From Octopus vulgaris (Eukaryota): a DNA stretch of 64,000 nucleotides. Shown here piece by piece: positions 16,313 through 30,876 of this stretch. Location: the NCBI GenBank assembly GCA_951406725.2, contig OX597833.1:35464001-35528000 (forward strand), written 5' to 3'. A model generated the notes under the pieces. That model worked only from the letters and a program-made list of their open reading frames with translations. It did not search any database and had not been told where the DNA came from. Position 1 is the first letter of the stretch. Each line of letters starts with the position of its first letter. The position numbers were made by a program, and so were the translations under genes.

Positions 16313-16679
16313 TTCGAAATAACCTGTCCATTTTAGAAACTTTGTTCTTACCAGCGAGAATTGTATGTTGCTGACGTCATAAGAATTTTATAAACTTTCA
16401 GGAGAACGAGAATTAATTTTTTCGGGTGTGCGGGTGGATGGGTATCTCGAAGTAGACACATAAGGCTATAAATAGCAGAATGTAAAACACTTTTGGATGA
16501 AGGCATACATACGTGCATAGGTTCATACATATATACATACATATATACATATATATACATATATATACATACCTGTAAACATATATACATTCATACATAC
16601 ATACGCACATGCATATGTTTATAAACATGCATGCATACAAATACACATACACGCACGTACGCACACACACCTACATATA

Positions 16680-16867
16680 TGAGGGGTGATGAAAAGATCC
16701 CGTCTTTCGATAAAAGAAAATACAGGAGGATCATTTGATTATGATTTTATTCAACATATTGCAGCGGTCCGTCAGTTTTTCTAAACCCTGTAAAGGACCT
16801 CTGAAGGTTGGGCCTCGAACCAGGCCTTTCGCGACGCCCACAAAGCCAGGAAATTTTCAGTAACTCG
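16680..16867. mobile_element. Short mariner-derived MITE (~190 bp)
   Basis: Imperfect TIRs GAGGGGTGATGAAAAGATCCCGTCTTT and AAAGCCAGGAAATTTTCAGTAACTC; TA on the left flank. Confidence 0.6.
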
Positions 16868-17331
16868 TGCATGCGTGCGCGCGTGTGTAATGTATGTATG
16901 AAAGAGAGAGTAAGAGAGAGACAGAGACAGAGACAGAGGGAAAAGAGATAGAGTGAGGGACCAGTGTGTAAGCAATCAAAGTTTAGTGTGGTATGTGTGA
17001 GGATCATGTAGCTCCCAAAAAGCTTAATAGCATAAAGGCTACTGATTTCTGTCGGGAATCCAAAGTGAGCGCGGATTATACACTAGTCGAAATCTTACCT
17101 TTTATCCACTGTTATTATGGATATGTAATATTACGCAAAATATAGTAAGCCGATTATTGGTGAAAACGGTGGTATATTATTGCCGTAAAAATAAAGCAAT
17201 GCTTAAGCCTCCGGTGTGACACCAAAGATATTTTAAACATATTTGCTAATCCCGTCGATAACTGCGTCAATGTTGATTACCTTTGAAATATAAATGTACA
17301 GACACTATACTTTTCGCCCTCTTTTTCCTAA

Positions 17332-17755
<424 letters not shown>

Positions 17756-18090
17756 TGTGTATATAGATCATTCCTACACATACCAACCCAAACAAGCATA
17801 AACATGCCGCCACAAACAAGCATTCGCACAAACATACAGACACACATACTCACACACACGCACGCACATACTCACACACACACACATACACAGACACAAA
17901 CACAGAAATACAGGATATATAGATGTGTATTTGCATGATTCTAAATCTAAATGTACGGATATACATACAAACAACGATAAAGGTATGCACCAATACATGC
18001 AAAAGAATTTCAATACATGTTTTTTTCCCATATAAACATAAATACGAATATAAATATGCCTATAGTCATATATATGTGCGTATGCATCTG

Positions 18091-18129
<39 letters not shown>

Positions 18130-18142
18130 ATATCTATATATA

Positions 18143-18335
18143 ACGGGAAGCTTTACGAAAATAAACAAAAGACGAAGGCAGGTGGAGTACAAACAAACAA
18201 TTGTATTAGTATGGCGCTCAGGAATAGAAATAAAACAAGTCTTTAACGTTTCGTGCCTACGCTCTTCAACAGAAAGATACACATAAAAGAAACACGGAGA
18301 GAAACAAGGAGACAAAAGAATGCGATGAGAACGTT
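18143..18335 (-). mobile_element. Penelope-like non-autonomous repeat with a minimal hammerhead-like motif (copy 1)
   Basis: The reverse complement aligns with 53075-53245 and contains TTGAAGA-GCGTAGGCAC-GAAAC-GTTA. Confidence 0.6.
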
Positions 18336-18715
18336 TTCATAATATTTAACACACACACACACACACATATATATATAAGCATGTATTATATACATTGTAT
18401 ATATATGTATGTATATAAATTTATATTCATATACATTGTGTGTGTGTATAAATATGTGTGTATGTGTATTTGTGCGTGTGTGTGTGTGTGACTGGAACAC
18501 GTAAGTGTAGTTACGTAAGAAATGCTACACTATACGTTACAGCTGTTTCGTAACCATGTTAGTTACATAATAGATATTGCATCAATGTTGAACACATATA
18601 AAGTAGATATAGACAAGCATCCTTCCACCACGATGATTCATGTTAGCCATGCAAATGGCGGAGAGCTTCGTATGAGGCCTGTTTGATCCTTTGAATACAT
18701 ATTGCTACTACATTA

Positions 18716-18754
<39 letters not shown>

Positions 18755-18831
18755 AATACATATATATTGTGTGTATACAAATATATATATATATGCATAT
18801 TTGTATATATATATATACTCTTTACTCTCTC

Positions 18832-19216
18832 TTTACTCTTTTACTTGTTTCAAGCACCACCTTTAATCGAGCAACTCGACCCCGGGACTTATTCTTTGTA
18901 AGCCCAGTACTTATTCTATCGGTCTCTTTTGCCGAACCGCTAAATAACGGGGACATAAACACACCAGCATCGGTTGTCAAGCAATGCTAGGGGGACAAAC
19001 ACAGACACACAAACACACACACACACACATATATATTTATATATACATATATACGGCGGGCCTCCTTCAGCTTCCGTCTACCAAATCCACTCACAAGGCT
19101 TTGGTCGGCCCGAGGCTATAGTAGAAGACACTTGCCCAAGGTGCCACGCAGTGGGACTGAACCTGGAACCATGTGGTTGGTAAACAAGCTACTTACCACA
19201 CAGCCACTCCTGCGCT
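18832..19216 (-). mobile_element. SINE family B, full length, low divergence
   Basis: Minus strand GCGCAGGAGTGGCTGTGTGGTAAGTAGC...CCAGGTTCAGTCCCACTGCGTGGCACCTTGGGCAAGTGTCTTC, with A and B boxes, a CORE-like segment and an (AAAGAGTA)n tail. Confidence 0.92.
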
Positions 19217-19252
<36 letters not shown>

Positions 19253-19543
19253 CATATAAGTATACATATATACATATATATATTCTTACATACATGAATT
19301 CATACGTATATACACACATACATACATACAACATACACCTACAGAAGGATTGAAAAAACTATAGTTTAAATGGATAAGAGCATATAACACATACACACAT
19401 ATCACACACACACAATGTTTGTGTGTGTGAGTGCGTATATATATTTAGATAGATAAATAGATAGAATGACTGATATATACATAAATATTAATATATTTAT
19501 ATATTTATGTAGCTCTCTGTATATATATATATATATATATATA

Positions 19544-19586
<43 letters not shown>

Positions 19587-19683
19587 CATATTAATTCATA
19601 TATGTATATATATATATATTCTTTTATTCTTTTACTTGTTTTAGTTATCTGACTGCGGTCATGTTGGAAACCGCCTCATATAA

Positions 19684-19721
<38 letters not shown>

Positions 19722-19752
19722 TCATACATACATACATACATACATACATACA

Positions 19753-19834
<82 letters not shown>

Positions 19835-19888
19835 CATACATACACACTTTATATATATATAAATTATATCTAATTCTCTCACCCTATA

Positions 19889-19930
<42 letters not shown>

Positions 19931-20068
19931 CCTTCACATAGTTATCTGCATATAGAAGTATGATTTGCTCCAGACAGGGCAAGAGTGATGAACACACTGA
20001 GAGAGAGAGGAGGGAAGAGTGCGATACACAGACACTAAGCGGGGTCATCAGACAAAAGTTCAGTCTCC

Positions 20069-20128
<60 letters not shown>

Positions 20129-20277
20129 GATAGGAAGTGTATTTTGGACCCCTGCTTTCATGACAATACGAATGGGAAATTGAGTCACATAACAAACTTC
20201 GACTTAAATAAAATTATAGCCTCTACAACCAGTATTGAGCACTCTTCTCTTATTCGCCAGACATAAGACTGAATACG

Positions 20278-20389
<112 letters not shown>

Positions 20390-20392
20390 AAC

Positions 20393-20429
<37 letters not shown>

Positions 20430-20698
20430 AACCTATCTATCTATCTGTCTGTCTATTTATCTGTCTATCTATCTGTTTGTCTCAGTATCTATCTGTCTGT
20501 CTGTCTATCTATCTACCTATCTATCTATCTATTATATATATACACACTTATACATATATCTATATATCTATATCTCTCTCTATATATATACATGTGTGTG
20601 TGCGTATGTGTGTGTGTGTGTGTGTAACACTATAACCTCGCGTTGTTGTGTTTTCTCTTTGTGTTTTCATGTTCGGATTAACTTTAACTATATATATA

Positions 20699-20763
<65 letters not shown>

Positions 20764-20946
20764 AGAGGAAGTGAGAGAGAGAGAGAGATAAATAGATGGA
20801 TGAATTGATAGATAAATAGGTATGTGTGTGTGTGTGTATATACACATGTATAGCTGAAAGCATTGAAATCGCGATGTTCTGCGTTCAACTCCACGGCGTG
20901 TCATTTTCGACAGGTGTCGTATAAATTAGCCTCATTTCTAGCCAAC

Positions 20947-21063
20947 CATCGTGTGAATAACTGGGGAGCTTTCCGACTGGATTGTGCGGGTCATTGGGAG
21001 ACATGTCACAATCTGTTAATTCTGCTCGGGAATACATTAAGGGTTGTCTTGCTATTGTATACT
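20947..21063 (-). CDS. Candidate internal coding exon (117 nt, phase 1-1), product unknown
   Basis: Acceptor TTCCCTGCAG|AG. Open frame (x)YTIARQPLMYSRAELTDCDMSPNDPHNPVGKLPSYSHD. Donor GATG|GTTGGC is weak. GC-richer unique island between microsatellites. Confidence 0.3.
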
Positions 21064-21089
21064 CTGCAGGGAATTCAATTGTTCTCTTG

Positions 21090-21735
21090 TATGTATGCAT
21101 ACATGCATATGTATGTATGTATGTATGTATCTATGTATGTATATATATATGTATGTATGTATGAATGTATATATGAATGTATGTATGTATGTATGAATGT
21201 ATGTATGAATGTATGTATGTATGTATGTATGTATGAATGTATGTATGTATGTATGTATGTATGTATGTATTTATGTATGTATCTATATATGTATGAATGT
21301 ATGTATGAATGTATGTATGTATGTATGTATGTATGTATGAATGTATGTATGTATGTATGTATGAATGTATATATGAATGTATGCATGTATGTATGTATGT
21401 ATGTATGTATGTATGTATGTATGAAAGTATGAATGTATGTATGTATGTATGTATGTATTTATGTATGTATCTATATATGTATGAATGTATGTATGAATGT
21501 ATGTATGTATATATGAATGTATGCATGTATGTATGAATGTATGTATGAATGTATGTATGTATGTATATATGTATGAATGTATGAATGTATGTATGTATGT
21601 ATGAATGTATGTATGTATGTATGAATGTATGTATGTATGTATTTATGTATGTATCTATATATGTATGAATGTATGAATGTATGTATGTATGTATGTATGT
21701 ATGTATGTATGTATGTATGTATGTATGTATGTACG
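21090..21735. repeat. (TATG)n/(GAAT) compound array with higher-order repeats
   Basis: The variant block TTATGTATGTATCTATATATGTATGAATG recurs at 21271, 21459 and 21643. Confidence 0.9.
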
Positions 21736-21808
21736 TATCTATCTACCCGTCTTCATTGATATATTCATGAATATATATACAACTCTCTCTGCGTGTATAT
21801 ACATATAC

Positions 21809-21888
<80 letters not shown>

Positions 21889-22371
21889 ATACATATACAC
21901 GTATATACATATATGTGAAGCATATAGAAGCATATCAAACATCATTGTGAATTTTTATCTCTTGTCCTCTTGAAATAATGTTCCCTTCCACAGAAGGCTA
22001 TAGCGATGCTTGAGGCAATTCCGACCATTTCCAAATACGAATGGGAAATTAAACTTCAGAATGTCATAACATGACGTTGAGCACATTTTGAATGGTTAGA
22101 AAATTGAGGGGAGCAACACGCAGTTTTCTACCTCAATAAGTGTCATCAGCACAGTAGCCGTCCTGTTTTCATGTTAGTAGAGGAGATAAAGTATCTTGTC
22201 AAATACATGGAAAATAGGAAATATTTCAGCTCAATGTCAACTGCATAATTCGAAAAGAAAGTGTGCCGACTGATCTGACCCACGGAATGACTATGCTCTG
22301 ACATTCATGACCATATAGATGCAAATATATATAAAAAGCACCTGTATGGGTGGTTATAAATTTACTTTTGT

Positions 22372-22428
<57 letters not shown>

Positions 22429-22516
22429 ATATATATCCATATATAATGGATATGTATATATATGCATATATACAGCACATGTGTGTGTATATATAAGCTT
22501 ATAAGCGTGTATACAT

Positions 22517-22554
<38 letters not shown>

Positions 22555-22604
22555 ATATACATATAGATATATACACAGACAAAAATAGGTATATTGATAG
22601 ATAA

Positions 22605-22647
<43 letters not shown>

Positions 22648-23150
22648 TGTGTATGTGTGCGCGCGCGTATGTGTGTGTGTGTGTGTGAAGTTAGATAGGT
22701 ATCATTACCATTATTGATAATAATAATAATGATGATAATAAAGTGACTAGTAAGTTTACACCTTTATAGGTAAAGTAATAAACAAAATTCAGTAGGGTAT
22801 CAAAATGCCACTTGCTATAAACAGACCTGTCCCTTACTTGAGTAGTTCATACAAGGTAAGATCATATCTGTTATGTTTGTTGCATTCGCCATGTGTATTT
22901 TTTAATAGTAACTTTTGGTTTTACACTAATAGCTGTGTTTATAGAAAGTAGTAGGTATTTTAATAGCCTACAGAATTTTGTGTATATATATATATGTATA
23001 TGCTCGTATTTATTAATATAAAGCAGTAATATAGTGACTCAAAGTTTGAGAGTTTCGTGCCAGTACCAACCAACGAAACTCTCGGACCGTGTGTCACTCT
23101 GTTGCTTTTGCTATATATTAATAAAAATATACATATATATACATATACAT

Positions 23151-23219
<69 letters not shown>

Positions 23220-23222
23220 CAT

Positions 23223-23278
<56 letters not shown>

Positions 23279-23403
23279 ATATTTCGGAATGGTCATATTG
23301 CAATTAGTTTAGCCACATATCTGTTTCAACACACGACTTCACATAAAAAATCTTGCACAACAAATATTTAAACGTACTAATATATATATATATCTATATA
23401 TAT

Positions 23404-23442
<39 letters not shown>

Positions 23443-23530
23443 AGTATGTTTTCCTTTGGATTGAAAAGGTCGAGGGTTACCCGACTTATGACGTCAACAA
23501 TGTATGTATATATATATGTATAAATAAATA

Positions 23531-23569
<39 letters not shown>

Positions 23570-23642
23570 TACATACATACATATATGCATATATTTTTGT
23601 GTGTATATATATATACACACATATACATAGAAATATACATAC

Positions 23643-23756
<114 letters not shown>

Positions 23757-23995
23757 GTGTGTGTGTGTGCATGTTTGTGTGTAAGTAAATATGCACCATA
23801 AAATGCTATTTTAGTCCTTTCACATATCTGAATGTTTAAAGCACAACTGTATGACAAAAGTCATTCCTGCCATGACCGTTCTGTTGAATATTTTTCCCCA
23901 CACGTTTTTCTGGGTGTAGGACATTGTAGAGATCATGGCAATTGACTGATATTTCTAGCCTGAGAAATCGACCACATTAACACTCCAGGGTACGC

Positions 23996-24118
<123 letters not shown>

Positions 24119-24766
24119 TTGGTGGTGTGGTGGTCCTCTATATAAACGTGTTCTCGCGCGTTTGCATTTGCCCATGTGATTACGTATGTACGACTGTATT
24201 TGTGTGTTTTGTTCTGAGCGGAGTGCATCTGCAAGACGCTTTATAACAAAACCCAACACAGTCGTGCATTCACACGCACACACAAATTATACATACGCAC
24301 ACACACACAAACACTCACGCGTATACACAAGTCACAGACAAACATTTATCCACTTTTCATCCTTTGTCATTCTTTCCATTTTATTCCACTTTGCTTTTCT
24401 TATTTCTGTTTTTTCCTTCACGCTCTCTTTTTTTTCTTCCTTTTTTTTCTCCTTGTATTCTTTCTTCTTTTTTGTTGTTGTTGTTATTGTTGTTCTTTGT
24501 TTCTTTTTTTTTTCGTCTATAATTAACCACTCCGTTCTGTTTCTGCTTCGCCCGTATGTCAATGGTGCACCAGTGACTCAGTGAGTAAGAGAGTCTGTGT
24601 CTGTGTGCTTGATATTACATTTACCAGCTTTTTGCAGTTACCCACGTCACTGCGGTTTTTTTCCCTTTCTGTCGCTTCGTTCTCTTGTTCTCTCTTACTC
24701 TCACTGTTTATCTGACTTACGCAACATTACATATATTCTTCTGCGTGTGTGAGTGTGTACACACAC

Positions 24767-24805
<39 letters not shown>

Positions 24806-25224
24806 AATGCTCCTGTATGTATATATGTATGTATATACGCATACGACAGTTTTAAAACCAATAATAGGAAACTTCCTATGGAAGAATTTCAGTTATAAAA
24901 AAACACCAAAAGCAAAAAAACAAATAGGAAATGTTCCTCAAATTGCTCTTTCGCCTGTACAATTTAAATGTAGCACTCTTTCAAAACGGTGAAAAAGACA
25001 AAGTATACGCGCGTACGTGTGTGTGTGTGTGTGTGTGTGTAGTTTGTGTGAGCGAACTGTCTTTCATAGCAGTTATACAATTAATATGTACCGGTTGCAA
25101 TGTAAGTGTATAGTAATTGCTGAAGTTGTTGTTGTTGTTGTTGTTGTTGGAGGTACTGGTGGTAGTTTTGGTAGCAGTAAGAGTATATATGTATATATAT
25201 ATACATATATATACATATATATAC

Positions 25225-25346
<122 letters not shown>

Positions 25347-25499
25347 TTATATATGAGTGTATGTGTGTGTGTGTTATTATAAATTATAGTAGTTGTAAGT
25401 TATTATAACTGTTAGTCCTGCTGGGATTTCTTACACGTTTAAAGCAAAACTGTCATTTCTGTTGGTGGTGGAGTTTACTGCCACTGCTGCTGTCAGACC

Positions 25500-25544
25500 G
25501 GCAGCAGCAGCAGGAGCCGCAGCAGCAGCAGTAGTAGTAGTAAC

Positions 25545-25595
<51 letters not shown>

Positions 25596-25662
25596 TCTAC
25601 TGCTGCTGCAACTACTACTACTACAGCTGCTGCCGCTACTACTACTACTACTACTACTACTA
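25500..25662. repeat. (GCA)n(GTA)n followed by inverted (TAC)n/(TGC)n trinucleotide tracts
   Basis: Direct reading; orientation switches at ~25596. Confidence 0.9.
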
Positions 25663-25845
25663 CACATAATAGTTGTAGCAGTCGTGACAGCAACAGATGC
25701 ATTAGTTCGGTGTACTTTTTCTTCGTTATTATTTTTTTTAATAGTTTTTGTTTTTATTTTTTTTTTTTGCTGTGGCAATGTTATCTAATGGTAGCTATTC
25801 CCGCCTAACATAGCAGAACAGTTGCTTTCTTACACACAACACACA

Positions 25846-25883
<38 letters not shown>

Positions 25884-26299
25884 CGCATATACTCACAGAT
25901 ACACTCACACAAATGCTCACTCGCACACATACACACGCACACATACCGTACACTTACGCGTACACACATTCACATACACTCACACAAATGCTCACTCACA
26001 CACACACACACACTCATACACATAGGTGGCAGACTTTTTCTTTCGTTTATTATTGGGTGAGGGAGTTGCGAAAAGTTTGTGACACGTCCAGTGTATTACA
26101 GGTACTTATTTAAAACCAAAAATGAACATAACTAGGTTTTTTTTTTCTCTTTTTTCTCTTGCTAGACTGGAGGCGAAATCCAAACTATAATAAAGTCCAT
26201 TATAACAGAGGTACTTTCATTTATCCTAGATAGGAAAGTACCACAAAGCTATCCGAAGCGGGAACTCAATACCGTCCAGCAACTAAACAATTAAATTTT

Positions 26300-26477
26300 G
26301 AAAAAAAATACTCAGTTTGGTTCGACCGGTCCTATATTATTATCAGTATTTATTTCATTGTTTCGGGATCGATAAAATAAAGTACCGATCAAGTACGGAG
26401 ATCGATAATATCGATAGGAGAAAAAAAAACCCAAAAATTTCTCCTAAAGCAGTTGGCCTGGTGCCCAAACTTAAAAC

Positions 26478-26524
<47 letters not shown>

Positions 26525-26970
26525 GTATCATTATTATTATCATTATTAAGGCGGTAAGCTGGTAGAATCGTTAGCCCGCCGGACGAAATGCTTAGCGGCA
26601 TTTGGTCTGCCTTTACGTTCTGATTTCAAATTCTGCCAAGGTCGACTTTGCCTTTCATCTTTTCACGATCGATAAATTAAGTCACAGTAAAACACTGGGT
26701 TCGATGTAATCGATTTGTCCCCTCTCCCCAAATTTCAGGCCTTGTGCCTTTGGTAGAGAAGATTATTATTATTATGATGCAAGCTGACAGAATCGTTAAC
26801 ACACCGGGCAAATTGCTTAGCGGCTTTTGGTCCGTCTGCACATTCTAATTTCAAATTCCGCCGAGGTCAACTTTGCCTTCATCAAGTACCAGTTGAGCTT
26901 TGGGTTCGACGTTATCGACTCACTCAACTCGTCCCCTAAAATTACTGGTCTTGTGCCAAAATTTGAAAAC
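26300..26970 (+). mobile_element. Three head-to-tail SINE family A copies separated by (ATT)n tails
   Basis: Copies at ~26300-26480 (5' truncated), 26548-26762 and 26778-26970. Each has the family A body or head and is followed by ATTATT repeats. Confidence 0.88.
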
Positions 26971-28699
26971 ATTATTATTATTATTGTTGCTGTTGGTGTT
27001 GTTCTTGTTATTTATATATGGAGGAGGACGGACGGAGAAGAGGAAAAAAAAGGAGATACATGCGCCATAAGTTGTGGCTACAGTGCACAGGCTATTGTAT
27101 GGTAATAGTACTTGCGGTTGTATTTCATGATCTCTGTAGAGGTCACAGAAAGAATGGTAGCCATAACGGCCAGAGAAAGTAGTAGTAGTAGTAGTAGTAG
27201 TGGTAGTGGTGGTGGTGGTGGTGGTTGTGGTGGTAGTAGTGGTGATGGTGGTGGTGGTAATAGTGGTAGTGATGATTTTGGTAGCTTTCATTTTATAGGA
27301 AGTATTAAGTGGTTACAGTTAATGGTAGTATAATAGTAATAGTTACTGTAGTAGTAGTAGTAGTGGTGGTGGTGGTGGTGGTGGTGGTGGTTGTGGTAGT
27401 GTTATAACTAGTTGTGGTGGCAGAACAAGGAAAAGGAGGAGGCGCATCACACTGAGTGAATCGCGCGGTTAGAAATTTACTCACTAACTTGAACACACAG
27501 ACACACACACACAGACACACACACAAACATACACACACACAAGACATCGTATATACACTGTATAATATATACACTGTATAATATATACACATCGTATATA
27601 CATACATAAATACATTCATGTAAATACATATAAATACATATAAATATATATATACATATATATACACTCACTGATGCGTGCGTATATGTGTGTTAGTGTA
27701 TGTGTGTGTGTGTGTGTGTGTGTGTTGAATGATGTTTATACATGTGAGTGTACGTTTGCAACCTCTCTCAAAACATCACATATACCGGTATTTTTCTCCA
27801 TTGCTCTATGCCTCTTTCTCTCTCTCTCTCTCCTTCTCTTTTTCGTTCTCTCTCTCTCTCTCGTTCTCTTTCTCTTTCTCTCTCTCTCTCACCCGGGTTG
27901 GCTGTTGTTCTCCTTCCTAAACATATTAGAAGCAGCTACATACAACCTAGTATAAACAGTAAATGTACAACCATTCTACTCATGATAGTTGTAATAATGC
28001 TACAGCAAAGCCTGCAGTCTAACGTAAGAGGGCGCTTCTGTATTTATACTGGACGTTATGACTACCCCCCTACCCTATTCTTTGCCACTTTTACATATAT
28101 TCTCACATTCTCTCTCTCGCTCTTTTCCCTCGTCCCTTCGCTCACTCCCCGTCGATTTCCTTACACTTTCTCCTTCAAATCATTAACCCCCCCCCCGACC
28201 ACCACCACACTCCTTCACACTTTTCTTCCTTTTCTCCTTCTTTTTCTTCTTCTTCTTCTTCTTCTTTATTCTTTTCTCCTCTCTATCTCTTAAACCTGTT
28301 CATTCTCTTCAATCGTTCCGTCTGAAACTCTATAGCACACTACAGTTTAATTTAGTCTCCGACTCTAATTCTTCGTAACTCTGCTTCTTGTTATGTTAGT
28401 AAGTCATACCCAGTCGTACTACCACTTCCATCCTCATTCAAGTGCACGCTCGTGCGCATACACTTATATACATATAATACTATATACATATCCATAGCTA
28501 TACTATACATACGCCATTATACATCTGGTTTCACACACGCACACACACGTACACACAAACACGCACACACACACTTATACGCACACACATACAAGACACG
28601 TCTGTCTTCAGCACAAAACTCTAACATCATACTGATCGTTCACCCCAGTCTTGTCTCTTACGCTTTTTCCCCCCGCACACACACACATAATCATACCTA

Positions 28700-29590
28700 C
28701 TCTCTCTCTCTCTCTCTATCTCTCCCCTCTCTCTCCACATCTCTCACCCCCTCTCTCTGTCATTTTAGTTCTCTCACACTTTACTCTCATTTCATTTTCT
28801 ATCTTTTTTCACTGCTACACACACGCACACACACACACACACAGACACACACACACACACAAACCTATTCTCCTCGCTCACTTGTCCTTTGTTTTCACCT
28901 ACTGTATTTCATCACACCTAAACGAAACATATTCTCTCTCTACTCCCCATGCTGTCTTTAATTCTCCTCTATCCTCTCATTGTTCTGTTTCTGTCTTTCT
29001 ATATTCCCCCCTCTCTCTCTCTCACTCCCTTTCTCTCACTCTCTCACACACCAACACACACTCCTTCGCTCTATACCTTGTTTCTCTCCCTCTCTCTCCC
29101 CCCTCTCTCTCCCTTTCCCTTTCATGCACACACACCCTTTCGCACAATCTTTTTCACTCACTAATTCACTCACTCAGTCACTCACACACTCACCCATTCA
29201 CTCACTCACTCGCTCACACAGTCTCTTACTCACTCACTCGCTCCCTCACTCACTCGCTCGCTCGCTCATTACCTTTCTACTCCTCTCTCTCTCTCTTTCT
29301 CTTTCCCCCTACTGCTTTACTACTCCCAATTATATACAGTCGATCTAATTCTGTTTTATTTGTCTGTCTTCCTGCTGTTTCCTCTTCCTCTCCCTCTTCC
29401 TTATCTAACCTTTATTCACATTCTCTGCTATACGTTTCTTTCCAGATTCTCACTATATTCGTTTGCAGCTCTCTCTCTCTCTCCCTTTCTCACTCAACTC
29501 TCACTATCTCTCATCCTCTCGTTTTTACTACTCTTGTTTTTTCTCACACTCTCTCGTTATCTCTCACTTTCTCCTTCATTCTCTCTTTCT
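28700..29590 (+). repeat. Long CT-rich low-complexity tract including (CACT)n
   Basis: Direct reading; it explains the spurious 313-aa Ser/Leu/His ORF. Confidence 0.85.
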
Positions 29591-29598
29591 GACGGTAG

Positions 29599-29711
29599 CG
29601 AGGAGATGCGAGTTTGACGTCCACAACGTCGCGTGTTATGCAGCGCCCAGACCCTGTATCACCAAATCTACTTCACTACCAGAAAAATGGACGCCATATT
29701 GCTACAACCAG
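29599..29711 (+). CDS. Candidate exon (113 nt), product unknown
   Basis: Long pyrimidine tract then GGTAG| acceptor; consensus donor CAG|GTGAGT; CpG-rich. One frame is fully open (RRCEFDVHNVACYAAPRPCITKSTSLPEKWTPYCYNQ). Alternatively it is a start exon, AAAAATGG at 29687 (MDAILLQP, phase 1). Confidence 0.6.
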
Positions 29712-30644
29712 GTGAGTGAATATATATTTGTCAAAGACTTACACGGATACACACTCACATACACGCATACACACACACACATATATAGACATACACACAC
29801 TTACACACGGACAAGCCGTCATATAGCAAAAAAAGAGTGATACATACCTTTATATACTTAATCTATGGGAAACATCGAACTGTATTTTTTTAATATATAT
29901 ATAATAATCTAACTCTTCTATTTATTCTCTCTCTGTCTCTCTCCCTCTCTCCTGCTTTTCTCTCTAGCTTTCTCTCTCTGCCTCCCTCCCCCTCTCTCTC
30001 TCTTCATATATCTACACACACACGTCTTCAGACACAAAAATATACATACATGTATACATACATACACCTCTGCATGCATATACATACATGTACACTTACC
30101 ATGAATACATACATTCATACATACATACATACATACATACATACATACATACACATACACACATACATAGGTACATACACACCTACATATATACACAAAT
30201 GTGTGTTTGTGGGCTATGGATGACATCTGTACGCGGCTAAAAGTGTTCTGTGACAAACACAAACAGATATAAAGTGCAAAACGGAACAGCGAAAATGTTC
30301 GGTTAACAAATTCTCTCATTCGTATTCTAGGTACGTAATGGGCAGTTTCGGATAGACAACATTCAGAAGTATAAAATATGCTGCAGAATTTAGATTGTAA
30401 GGGTGTAGGTTGGTTAGTGGGTTGCTATAAATGGGTAGACGTTAGTGGGTAAGTTGATTCACAGTATCTATGCATGATATCTACATTTCGTAATTACGAT
30501 GGTTCATATAATAATTATGTAATAATAATTCAATCTGTCTATCTCTCTTTGTTTCACTGCCTGTTCGTAAATGTGTGTACATCTATAAATATATTAGAGA
30601 AATCCTCTGTCTGGTTGTAAGTACTTATAATAGTGTGTCTGCTG

Positions 30645-30679
<35 letters not shown>

Positions 30680-30876
30680 TTCTCTTTCTCTCTTACAGAC
30701 ACAGACGCATACACACTAGATATAGAGACACACTCACATACACATAAACACATACACGGATGTGCGTGTATGTCTGTGTATGTGTATGTATGTGTGTGTG
30801 CGTGTGTGCGTAGACACGTGTGTTTGTATAAACTATTATATTGCTATTTATTTATGTGTATTTCTCACAAATGTAG

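Noticed and set aside
28651-29592. 313-aa ORF, the longest in the window
   Set aside because: A Ser/Leu/His-rich product of a CT-rich low-complexity tract lacking stop codons.
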